Shown one piece after another: positions 13,244-20,318 of a stretch of DNA of 64,000 bases. The notes beneath the pieces were generated by a model, which worked only from the letters and a program-made list of their open reading frames with translations, made no database searches and was not told where the DNA came from. The position numbers and the translations under genes are program-made. Each line of letters opens with the position of its first letter. The stretch's first letter is position 1. Origin of the DNA: Verrucomicrobiota bacterium (GTDB taxonomy: Bacteria > Verrucomicrobiota > Verrucomicrobiia > Limisphaerales > SXTU01); contig JBDKJY010000037.1 of NCBI GenBank assembly GCA_039796295.1, positions 2,199-66,198 of the forward strand. The letters run 5' to 3'.

Positions 13244-15181
13244 CTAGCCTTCCACAGCCTGCTTCCCCGCGCGCCCCTGCTCCTGCTGCCAGAGCGTCAA
13301 CGCGGCCAGTGCGTGGCGCACGGTGAGGGTGGGCGGGTGCTTCAGGGCTTCGCGCAGACGGACCGTGTCCACCCACGGGTTGGGCTGGCACAGGCGCTCA
13401 TGCACCGCCGCCAAGGGCTTCGCCTCCTGCCGCTCCTTCTGCCGCTCCGCCAGCGCCGGGTCCTGCTTCACCGAATCCCACGGGACGGCTGGGGGGAAGA
13501 GCTTGCTCGTCGCATGCCGATACAGCACCCGACCCTGACCCGGCTGGTAATGCAGCTCCGGCGGCACGCCATACACGAACTCCAGCACCCGCCGGTCGGT
13601 CAGCGGGTAGGCATACGTCAGCCCGTGTTCCGCTCCGAAGGCCGCCCACGACTCCATCCGCGCCGTGACATGGCCGTGGTAATAGAGCGCCGCCTGGCAT
13701 CTCCGGCTCCCCGGCACCTCCCGCACGTGCGGCACGTCCGTGCGCAGGTGCGGGCGGATGCGCTCGGCGAACTCCACTCGGATAAACGGCTCGCCCCGCT
13801 TACTGCGCGCCTGCCGATACGCCAGCCGCTCCCACAGCGCGGCCGGCAACGTGGGCAGCACCGCACTATCCCAGAACGCCCGCAGCGCCACCAACGCCAG
13901 CCCCGGGCGACGCCACGCGCGCCCCAGCCCCAGATACCCCGCCAGCGCCCCCCACTCTCCGCGCACCAGATAATCCGCCGCCAACCCCCGCCCATTGTAG
14001 CTCACCCCTTCATCCCCGCCCCAACCCGACAGCATCAGCCCGACCCCTTGCGCCGCCGCGCGCACTTGCACCGACCGCTCCAGCCCCATCGTCAGCGCCG
14101 GCCGCAGGGAGATGTCCAGCTCCGCCATCCAGCGCTCATCGTCATCGGTGGCCTCCGTGTAGAGCGGCGTCAACCCCTCCTGCTGGCAGATGGCCACAAT
14201 GCGCCGGTGCTCCGTCTCCTCTGGCTTGGACCCCGGCGGTGGGGACCAGGAGAACATCGTGGGCACCGCCGCCCCGCGCTGCCGCTGGAGCCGCGCCGCC
14301 AGCACCGCCACCGACGATGAATCCAGCCCCCCGCTGAGGTGAGCCCCCACCGGCAGCCGCGTCCGCAAGCAATCCCCTACCGCCCGCTCCACCAGCGCGT
14401 AAAGCTGCTCCACATAGTCGGCGTGCCGCGCCAGCCGCACATCCGGCAGCCGCTCGGGGAACCAATACCGCGCCACCCGCAACCCCCGGTCATCCACCGT
14501 CAGCGTGTGGCCGAATGGCAGCTTGCGCACGCCCCGGTAGTAGGTGCGGACATTGTCATGCGCCCCCGGAGACAGGTTCAACAGCAGCCACCCCACCTCC
14601 ACCTCATCCAGCTCCCGCCGCACCCCGGGGATGGCGAGCAAGGCCGGCAAGTCCGTGGCGAAGGCGAACTCCCGCTCCGTGTGCCAGTAGAACAGTGGGC
14701 GTGCTCCGATGTGATCCCGCGCGAGGAACAGCCGCCGCGCCCCCGCATCCCAGACGGCGAAGGCGTAATCCCCCACCAGATGCTCCGTGCAGCCCTCCCC
14801 CCACCGCTCCCACGCCCGCAGCAACAGCGCCTCATCCGACACCATCGCGCGTTCCGCCGACGGCACGTCCAGCGCGGCGCACAGCTCCGGCCGTCCATCC
14901 AGCCGCGCATCCGCCACGACGGTCAAGGGTCCACGGGTGAGGATGGCAGTTTCCGGTAGGGCCGCGCTGTGCGCGGTCTTGTCTTCCTCCGGCCGTCCAC
15001 AGGACGGCCCTACCGCCTCCGGCGTGAAGTGCTGCACCTGGCAGCCGAGGGCGATGGGACCGCTGCTCCACAGGCCACGCGCATCCCGGCCATACTGCTC
15101 CATCAGGGACAGGGCAGGGGAGAGGGCCGCTGGGGAGACCGGCGCACCGTCCAGCCGGAACAGCCCGGCAATGGCACTCAT
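13244..15181 (-). CDS. asparagine synthetase-like lasso peptide cyclase (C protein) candidate
   Basis: 645-aa ORF. ATP-PPase motif HLSGGLDSS is present, but the N-terminus MSAIAG lacks the Cys2 glutaminase nucleophile. Compare the true AsnB at 33962..35878, which starts MCAITG. The start overlaps the PqqD stop (ATGA, 15178-15181). Confidence 0.8.
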   Translation of the reverse strand: MSAIAGLFRLDGAPVSPAALSPALSLMEQYGRDARGLWSSGPIALGCQVQHFTPEAVGPSCGRPEEDKTAHSAALPETAILTRGPLTVVADARLDGRPELCAALDVPSAERAMVSDEALLLRAWERWGEGCTEHLVGDYAFAVWDAGARRLFLARDHIGARPLFYWHTEREFAFATDLPALLAIPGVRRELDEVEVGWLLLNLSPGAHDNVRTYYRGVRKLPFGHTLTVDDRGLRVARYWFPERLPDVRLARHADYVEQLYALVERAVGDCLRTRLPVGAHLSGGLDSSSVAVLAARLQRQRGAAVPTMFSWSPPPGSKPEETEHRRIVAICQQEGLTPLYTEATDDDERWMAELDISLRPALTMGLERSVQVRAAAQGVGLMLSGWGGDEGVSYNGRGLAADYLVRGEWGALAGYLGLGRAWRRPGLALVALRAFWDSAVLPTLPAALWERLAYRQARSKRGEPFIRVEFAERIRPHLRTDVPHVREVPGSRRCQAALYYHGHVTARMESWAAFGAEHGLTYAYPLTDRRVLEFVYGVPPELHYQPGQGRVLYRHATSKLFPPAVPWDSVKQDPALAERQKERQEAKPLAAVHERLCQPNPWVDTVRLREALKHPPTLTVRHALAALTLWQQEQGRAGKQAVEG

Positions 15182-15465
15182 GCCGTCACCGTCTGGATGT
15201 GCAGCAGCTTGTCCGTGTGAAGCTGGGTGAGGAAGGCCAGCACCTCCCGCTCACACACCGCCGGGTCCACCTCGAACTCCGACTGGAGCTGGGTGACCAG
15301 CTCGCTCACCCGACACGGCTGTTCCACCGCCGCCCACACCCGAGTGGCCATGCGGTTCATCTGGTAGTATTCCCCATTCTCGATGCTCAGGAGCACGGCC
15401 TGCTCATCCAGCGTGCCGGAGATCAGCTCAGGGGCACGGACCACGGTGGAGGTAGAGAATATCAT
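15178..15465 (-). CDS. PqqD family RiPP recognition element (lasso B1/E-type chaperone)
   Basis: ORF 15178..15600; start moved to ATG 15465, giving 95 aa. Typical PqqD pattern: GTLDEQAVLLSIENGEYYQMNRMATRVWAAVEQPCRVSELVTQL. Translationally coupled to the cyclase. Confidence 0.85.
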   Translation of the reverse strand: MIFSTSTVVRAPELISGTLDEQAVLLSIENGEYYQMNRMATRVWAAVEQPCRVSELVTQLQSEFEVDPAVCEREVLAFLTQLHTDKLLHIQTVTA

Positions 15466-15553
15466 AGCGGCATGCAAAGTAAGGGGCAGCAGGTGAGGGT
15501 CAAGTCGGAACCCGGCCACACAGGCGACGGAGCGCGGGCGGTGGGTAGGGCTT

Positions 15554-15640
15554 GGAGTCCCGGCTTCAGCCGGTGGAGCCGTCCGGTTCACCTGTGCCAC
15601 GCGTGCGCGCTGCCGGCTAAAGCCGGGACTCCAAACGGGG
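15554..15640. repeat. 87-nt structured element, copy 1 (20-bp inverted arms GGAGTCCCGGCTTCAGCCGG / CCGGCTAAAGCCGGGACTCC)
   Basis: Near-identical copy at 17684..17770. The arms are complementary apart from one mismatch. Lies between the precursor A1 stop and the PqqD start. Confidence 0.8.
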
Positions 15641-15698
15641 GGCGGGCTGCGGACGCGGGGACCGCAGTCCGGGGGGGCGAACGCGGGCTGCGGTAGTG

Positions 15699-15854
15699 CT
15701 AGGAAGGGGGGGCCGCAGTGCTACGAGAGGTCTCCCTAGTAAAGGAATTTTTTTCCGTCCCCTCGGCAAGGTCGAGGGGCAGTAGCAGCGGCGTCTCCCA
15801 AGGGAGCTTGGCGGCGGGGGCTGGCGGGGCGGGGGATGCTGATTCGGTTTGCAT
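15699..15854 (-). CDS. lasso-type precursor peptide paralog A1 (51 aa, below the ORF-track cutoff)
   Basis: Hand translation of the minus strand: MQTESASPAPPAPAAKLPWETPLLLPLDLAEGTEKNSFTRETSRSTAAPPS, stop TAG. The leader is shared with three paralogs. Lies immediately upstream of the PqqD and cyclase genes. Confidence 0.7.
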   Translation of the reverse strand: MQTESASPAPPAPAAKLPWETPLLLPLDLAEGTEKNSFTRETSRSTAAPPS

Positions 15855-15863
15855 GGCGGCGGG

Positions 15864-15894
15864 AGAGTAGTGGGGGGGGGCGGAGGGCTGTCAA
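15864..15894 (-). promoter_or_regulatory. sigma70-like promoter candidate for A1 (TTGACA-19 nt-TACTCT, 9 nt to ATG)
   Basis: Minus strand has TTGACA (15894..15889) and TACTCT (15869..15864). The spacer contains a G9/C9 run. The module is conserved upstream of all four precursor ORFs. Confidence 0.45.
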
Positions 15895-16102
15895 CGGGAG
15901 AGGGTGGCCCAAGCGCACCGGAGCGCGGGTAGGGCGCGGTGTCCTCCCCGCGCCGCCGAATGGGGAGTGGCATCCGGTTGGCCCACGGCAAGGGGAGGCC
16001 ACCCCGCCCTACCTGCTCCCGGCTGCGGCCAGGCGCAGCTCAGTATTTTGCACGGCCAGGTGGGGATGGTGAATTCGTTGCTCACAAAACGTCGCGCGTC
16101 TT

Positions 16103-16245
16103 CACCCTCACCCCGGCCCTCTCCCTCCAAGGGAGAGGGAGAGCGCTTTACGCCGGCTCGTGCTTCCGAGCACGCCCTTTCGCCGCAGCGCGGCCTGCGT
16201 GGCTCCCTCTCCCAGCGGGAGAGGGCTGGGGTGAGGGAGAACGGC
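16103..16245. repeat. inverted pair of 'GEGRGEG-type' elements (CTCACCCCGGCCCTCTCCC..GGGAGAGGG)
   Basis: 16103-16145 and 16204-16245 are reverse complements of each other and flank about 60 bp. The same family occurs at 19261-19390, 28207-28333, 37623-37668, 46321-46362, 49150-49190 and 49296-49338. Confidence 0.8.
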
Positions 16246-16380
16246 TCCGAGTGCAGAACCGGGTTGCAGGAAAGTAATATGCGCCCCTGCGGCCCATCCC
16301 TTCATTAAGGCGTTGACAAACCAACCCCGTTTCGATAGAGAAAAACCGTCCACACAATCTGAACCGAACCAATCCAAGCT

Positions 16381-17073
16381 ATGCCCTTCAAATACATCCA
16401 AGTTCCGAACACCAAAGACCCGAACAAATCCTCCACCCGCGCCGCCCTGGGCGACCCCGTAAGCGAAGCCGAGTTCTTCGCCTACATGGCCATCCTCCTC
16501 AGCAAACCGCCTGCCGATTGCGAAGCGGCCTTCAATGCGTTGCTGGATACCTGTGTCCACTTCGCCCGGGATACCCGCGCCACCAGCTACCTGCATGGCC
16601 GCCTGCGTATGCAACCCTCCAGCGGCGGCAGCTTCGAGACCGGCACCACCCCGCACTCCCCCAAGGACATCGGCGCGCGTATGAACCTCAGCCTCGGACC
16701 TGATACCGTCGCCGCCTTCGAGGACGACCTGAGCATCGAGAAGGTGGGCGAGGAAGGGGTGCGCGCCCCGCAGATTGACCGCGTGATAGACAACCGCACC
16801 GGGGACACCGATAAATACACGGCCTCCGATGTGCTGGAGGTGGACGGGGAGCACTTCGAGATCGACCCGACGGACACCGCGCAAGGGGTCTTCCTCACCC
16901 CGGTGGCGAGCGGTTCGGCTGTGCGCATCACCCGTTACCTGAGCGTCACGCCTACCCGCATCGAAGTGCTGCTGCCGGCCGGCCTCACCGGCCAGCAACG
17001 CCTCATGGTGGTGTGCAAGTATGACACCAGCCCCCTGCGCTCCAGCACTTACACCAGCGCCCTCAGCCCGTAG
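16381..17073 (+). CDS. HU-like DNA-binding N-terminal domain plus DUF4469-like Ig-fold C-terminal domain protein
   Basis: 230-aa ORF. The C-terminal pattern IDRVIDNRTGDTDKYTASDVLEVDGEHFEIDPTDTAQGVFL...RIEVLLPAGLTGQQRLMVV resembles Bacteroidetes HU/DUF4469 proteins. On the opposite strand to the surrounding RiPP genes. Confidence 0.5.
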   Translation: MPFKYIQVPNTKDPNKSSTRAALGDPVSEAEFFAYMAILLSKPPADCEAAFNALLDTCVHFARDTRATSYLHGRLRMQPSSGGSFETGTTPHSPKDIGARMNLSLGPDTVAAFEDDLSIEKVGEEGVRAPQIDRVIDNRTGDTDKYTASDVLEVDGEHFEIDPTDTAQGVFLTPVASGSAVRITRYLSVTPTRIEVLLPAGLTGQQRLMVVCKYDTSPLRSSTYTSALSP

Positions 17074-17259
17074 GGTCACCCTCCGCCGGTCTGACCCCCA
17101 CCCTCCGCACCACCGAGGGTCACCCTCGCGACGCCGTAGGGTCACCCTCCGACGAGCTGAGGGTCACCCTCCATGAGTCTGAGGGTCACCCTCGTTACGA
17201 CTGAGGGTCACCCTCGTGACGGCTGAGGGTCACCCTCCGCGCGGCTGAGGATGACCCTT
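17071..17259. repeat. tandem array: 9 units at an exact 22-bp period of the 13-bp palindrome GAGGGTCACCCTC
   Basis: Units start at 17071, 17093, 17115, 17137, 17159, 17181, 17203, 17225 and 17247. Five are perfect GAGGGTCACCCTC, two are TAGGGTCACCCTC, and two are degenerate. Spacers are variable 7-mers followed by CT. Confidence 0.95.
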
Positions 17260-17423
17260 GGGGCAGCGCAGGGCTACGTTTGGAATGCACGTGGGGTGCG
17301 GGGCCATCGCCGCACCGCCTTGGTCTGGTGGAATTCAAGTGGCAGACGGCGGGGTGAGGACACCCGCGCTACTGGGAGGTCATTAGGCGAAGGGCCTAGC
17401 CGCCGGTAGGGCAGCGCTTGCGT

Positions 17424-17582
17424 CTATGAGGCCGGGCCTGAGCTTCTGGTAAGTTGTTCAACGGCAGTGATTACAGTCTTCTGGGTCTCATCGGCGAGGT
17501 CGAGGGGGAGGAGGAGCGGGGTCTCCCAGGGGAGCTTGGCGGCGGGGGCTTGCGGGGCGGGGGAGGCAGGTGCGGTCTGCAT
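17424..17582 (-). CDS. lasso-type precursor peptide paralog A2 (52 aa)
   Basis: Hand translation: MQTAPASPAPQAPAAKLPWETPLLLPLDLADETQKTVITAVEQLTRSSGPAS, stop TAG. Confidence 0.7.
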   Translation of the reverse strand: MQTAPASPAPQAPAAKLPWETPLLLPLDLADETQKTVITAVEQLTRSSGPAS

Positions 17583-17591
17583 GGCGGCGGG

Positions 17592-17619
17592 AGGGTAGCT
17601 GGGGTTGGCGAGCTGTCAA
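17592..17619 (-). promoter_or_regulatory. sigma70-like promoter candidate for A2 (TTGACA-16 nt-TACCCT, 9 nt to ATG)
   Basis: Minus strand has TTGACA (17619..17614) and TACCCT (17597..17592). Same module as the other three copies, but with no poly-G run in the spacer. Confidence 0.45.
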
Positions 17620-17683
17620 CGGAGGAGGCAGGCCCAAGCGGTGCGGAGCGCAGACGCCTCCATCCGCAGGCGGGTTGTGGCTG

Positions 17684-17770
17684 GGAGTCCCGGCTTCAGC
17701 CGGTGGAGCCGTCCGATTCACCTATGCCACTCGTGCGCGCTACCGGCTAAAGCCGGGACTCCAAACGGGG
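17684..17770. repeat. 87-nt structured element, copy 2
   Basis: More than 90 percent identical by eye to 15554..15640. Lies between the precursor A3 stop and the A2 promoter module. Confidence 0.8.
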
Positions 17771-17938
17771 CGACGGCGGGTTGCGTTCTCCCTCACCGCC
17801 TACCGACTCAGATGCTGGGGGACTGCGTCCCGCAGGGGCTCCGATGGGGGGAGTCGTAACCTAGGCAAGTCCGACCGTTGCTACGGGTCGCAGACCGGCG
17901 CTGCAAGCGCAGCGTTCAGTGCACCGGCGGCGGGCGGC

Positions 17939-18097
17939 CTACGAGACGGGGCCAAAGGCGGTTCCGATTTCGGTGCTTTGAGGGACGGGCCCGGAATTTG
18001 TCCCGGCGGGGACATCCAGGGGTGTGCAGAGCGGGGTCTCCCACGGGAGCTTGGCGGCGGGGGCTGTCGGGGCGGGGGAGGCAGGTGCGGTTTGCAT
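17939..18097 (-). CDS. lasso-type precursor peptide paralog A3 (52 aa)
   Basis: Hand translation: MQTAPASPAPTAPAAKLPWETPLCTPLDVPAGTNSGPVPQSTEIGTAFGPVS, stop TAG. Confidence 0.7.
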   Translation of the reverse strand: MQTAPASPAPTAPAAKLPWETPLCTPLDVPAGTNSGPVPQSTEIGTAFGPVS

Positions 18098-18106
18098 GGC
18101 GGCGGG

Positions 18107-18134
18107 AGAGTAGCTGGGGGGGGCGGGCTGTCAA
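18107..18134 (-). promoter_or_regulatory. sigma70-like promoter candidate for A3 (TTGACA-16 nt-TACTCT, 9 nt to ATG)
   Basis: TTGACA (18134..18129) overlaps the oxygenase stop codon (18131-18133). The spacer holds a G8/C8 run. Confidence 0.45.
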
Positions 18135-18787
18135 TTGATCGGAGCGCGGGCGTGGGGAGGGCGCTGCGGCTTGACCTTGTCCGCCTTGAGGTGGGCATAG
18201 GGGCCGTCCGCCCGGACGTAGTGCAGGAAGGTCTGGATCATCTCGGTGCCGGTGAAGGGCTCACGCCAATGGGGGCGCTCGATGCCCTGGTAGACCAAAC
18301 CATCCCCCGCCGCGAGGTGGGCGGGCACGGCTTCCCCGGTAGGCGTCTCCACATACAAAGGCCAAGGCACCTGCGGATCGGGCTGGAGGGCGAGGGAGAG
18401 GCTGATTTCGCAGGCGGGGCGGTCCGTGTGCCGGGCCAGCACGGCCCCCGGCTCGTAGATGCGCATGAAGGAGTAGGTAGGCAGGAGCCGGTGGCCGGTG
18501 AGCTGCTCAACCTGCGGGAGCAACCGTAGGAGGAGGTCCTCCGTGACGAGGTTCTTGTAGGCGACGGTGGCCGCTGTCACCGCTCCTTCGCCCCGGCGCA
18601 GGAGGTTGTGGGCCTTCATGGTCTTCAAGTCGGCGGCGGCCTTGGCGCAGACGGCGGCGGGCAGCAAGCCACGGGCGATGAGATAGCCGTGGGTGGCGAA
18701 GGCGTGGGCGGTGTCCACCGGAGCGGGAGGGGATGAAGGGGGACTGCTGGTGGGGGTCTGAGGTGCGCGGGGGGGTGGCGGTGGCAT
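18131..18787 (-). CDS. Fe(II)/2-oxoglutarate-dependent oxygenase
   Basis: ORF 18131..19195; start moved to ATG 18787 (MPPPPPRAPQ..), because the upstream part reads through precursor A4 and repeats. The HxD...H triad is visible: ARHTDRP and ERPHWREP. Confidence 0.75.
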   Translation of the reverse strand: MPPPPPRAPQTPTSSPPSSPPAPVDTAHAFATHGYLIARGLLPAAVCAKAAADLKTMKAHNLLRRGEGAVTAATVAYKNLVTEDLLLRLLPQVEQLTGHRLLPTYSFMRIYEPGAVLARHTDRPACEISLSLALQPDPQVPWPLYVETPTGEAVPAHLAAGDGLVYQGIERPHWREPFTGTEMIQTFLHYVRADGPYAHLKADKVKPQRPPHARAPIN

Positions 18788-18891
18788 CGGGCTCACGATG
18801 CAGCGGACTTTCCGCGTGGGAAGGACTAGCGTCAACCGGGAATCCGGACCCCAGACCCGCAGGCTGAAGGGGCGGACACGACCTGCTTGGA

Positions 18892-19047
18892 CTACGAGGC
18901 GGGGCCGGAGCGGGGACCGGATTCCCTGTAGAAGGTAAATGTTTTGTTTGTCTCTTCGGCGGCATCGAGGGTCTGGCAGACGGGCGTCTCCCAAGGGAGC
19001 TTGGCGGCAGGGGCTGGCGGGGCAGGGGAGGCAGGTGCGGTTTGCAT
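18892..19047 (-). CDS. lasso-type precursor peptide paralog A4 (51 aa)
   Basis: Hand translation: MQTAPASPAPPAPAAKLPWETPVCQTLDAAEETNKTFTFYRESGPRSGPAS, stop TAG. Confidence 0.7.
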   Translation of the reverse strand: MQTAPASPAPPAPAAKLPWETPVCQTLDAAEETNKTFTFYRESGPRSGPAS

Positions 19048-19056
19048 GACGGCGGG

Positions 19057-19084
19057 AGAGTAGCTGGGGGGGGCGGGCTGTCAA
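19057..19084 (-). promoter_or_regulatory. sigma70-like promoter candidate for A4 (TTGACA-16 nt-TACTCT, 9 nt to ATG)
   Basis: TTGACA (19084..19079) and TACTCT (19062..19057). G8/C8 run in the spacer. Confidence 0.45.
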
Positions 19085-19151
19085 CGGAGGAGGCAGGCCG
19101 CAAGCCCGGGGATGAGCCTGCGGGCGGCGAGCGGTTCCCCTAGCCATGAAC

Positions 19152-19218
19152 CGGAGCGCCGAGCATTGCTCGGCAGGAGCGGATGAACGCTCCAAAGCCG
19201 AGCGATGCTCGGCGCTCC
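19152..19218. repeat. REP doublet (GGAGCGCCGAGCATTGCTCGGC ... GCCGAGCGATGCTCGGCGCTCC)
   Basis: Same 22-nt REP family, in inverted pairs, as the copies flanking the RAYT gene at 62.6-63.6 kb. Confidence 0.85.
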
Positions 19219-19260
19219 ACCTCGGTTCAGGGGATGAAATCGCGGCAATTGATGGACCGT

Positions 19261-19390
19261 GGATTCTCTCCCAGCGGGAGAGGGACAGGGTGAGGGAGAA
19301 CGGCTAGGAGTCGTAGCGGGGAGGGATGTCTCCAGACCTCGCTGCCATTCTCCCTCACCCCAGCCCTCTCCCGCTGGGAGAGGGAGGCAG
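19261..19390. repeat. MITE-like unit bounded by an inverted pair of GEGRGEG-type elements
   Basis: 19264-19305 and 19346-19385 are reverse complements of each other (about 40-bp terminal inverted repeats). Confidence 0.75.
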
Positions 19391-19442
19391 GCAGGCCGCT
19401 TCAGTGTTAGCGAGGCGCTGGGGACACCTGGCCTTGCGTAGC

Positions 19443-20305
19443 TCAGTGCACCGGTTGGCCGGTGGCATCCAGGTAGCCATACTGGCGCATGACGTCGGCG
19501 TGGTCGGCGATGACGCGGGCGGCTTGCTCGGGGGTGAGGGCGTCGCGCCAGGAGCCGATGCTGCCCCGGCGGAAGAAGGCCTTGGCCTTGGGGAGGCGCT
19601 CCCGGAAGCCGCCGGCTTGCTCCTGCCGCTGGAGTTCCTCAAAGCGGCTGAACTCGATGGCCTTGCGGATGCGCTCGGGGTCGTCGGGCAGGCCGAGGAA
19701 GCGCACGGCGGTGGTGAAGGTGGCTTCGGGGGTGAGCTTCATGTCCTCGTAGCGGATGACTTGCACGCGGAGGCCGGGGGCGGTGGCCCAACTGGTGACG
19801 TGGCGGCTCCAGGAGAGGAGGCGCTGGCGGAGCTGGTTCGGCTCGGTGGCATCGCTGACGGCCACGCAGGCGTCGGGCTTGCCCAGCAGCTTGACGGAGC
19901 GCTCGTAGTCGGTGCTGCCGCCATGAGCGGCGTAGGAGACGGCGACGTCCAGGGGGTTACGGATAAAGTAGAGGGCGGCCTCGGTGGCCTCGGGGGGCAG
20001 GAGGGGGCGGCCGTCGGGCAGGAAGGTGTAGGCGTCGTGGCACTTGCAGTAGAGGGTCTCCTTGGCCTGGCGGGCGAGGTGGAGATAGACCTCGGGGCGG
20101 AGGGCGTCGGCCTCGTCGGGGGTCAGCTCGCCGGAGTCGTAGCCGACGGCGTTGTCGAAGGGGGCGCGGGCGCTGGAGATGGGGCCGCCGTCGAGGGCAT
20201 TGATGTCGGCGGGCTGGGGGCATCCCGGAGGAAGTTGGTGAGGAAGGTGCGGAACCAAGTGTTACCGGACTTGGGGTAGGAGGCGAGCCAGACGATGCGC
20301 TTCAT
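19443..20305 (-). pseudogene. sulfotransferase, split by a 1-nt frameshift (pseudogene or homopolymer sequencing error)
   Basis: The PAPS 5'-PSB motif MKRIVWLASYPKSGNTWFRTF (ATG 20305) is in one frame. The rest, including the 3'-PB-like IRNPLDVAVSY, is ORF 19443..20258 in another frame. Reading the G5 run at 20216-20220 as G6 gives a continuous ..FLRDAPQPADINALDGGPI.. Confidence 0.8.
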
Positions 20306-20318
20306 GGCGGGCGATGGC

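Noticed and set aside
16108-17145. 345-aa minus-strand ORF overlapping the HU/DUF4469 gene
   Set aside because: It is antisense to a better-supported ORF, low in complexity, and runs through repeat elements.
17071-17259. The 22-bp tandem array as a CRISPR array
   Set aside because: Repeats of 13-15 bp with 7-9 bp spacers are far too short for CRISPR. No cas genes or leader are present.
18788-19195. N-terminal 136 aa of the 354-aa ORF 18131..19195
   Set aside because: This part reads through precursor A4, its promoter module and a REP doublet in another frame. The oxygenase homology begins only after the ATG at 18787.
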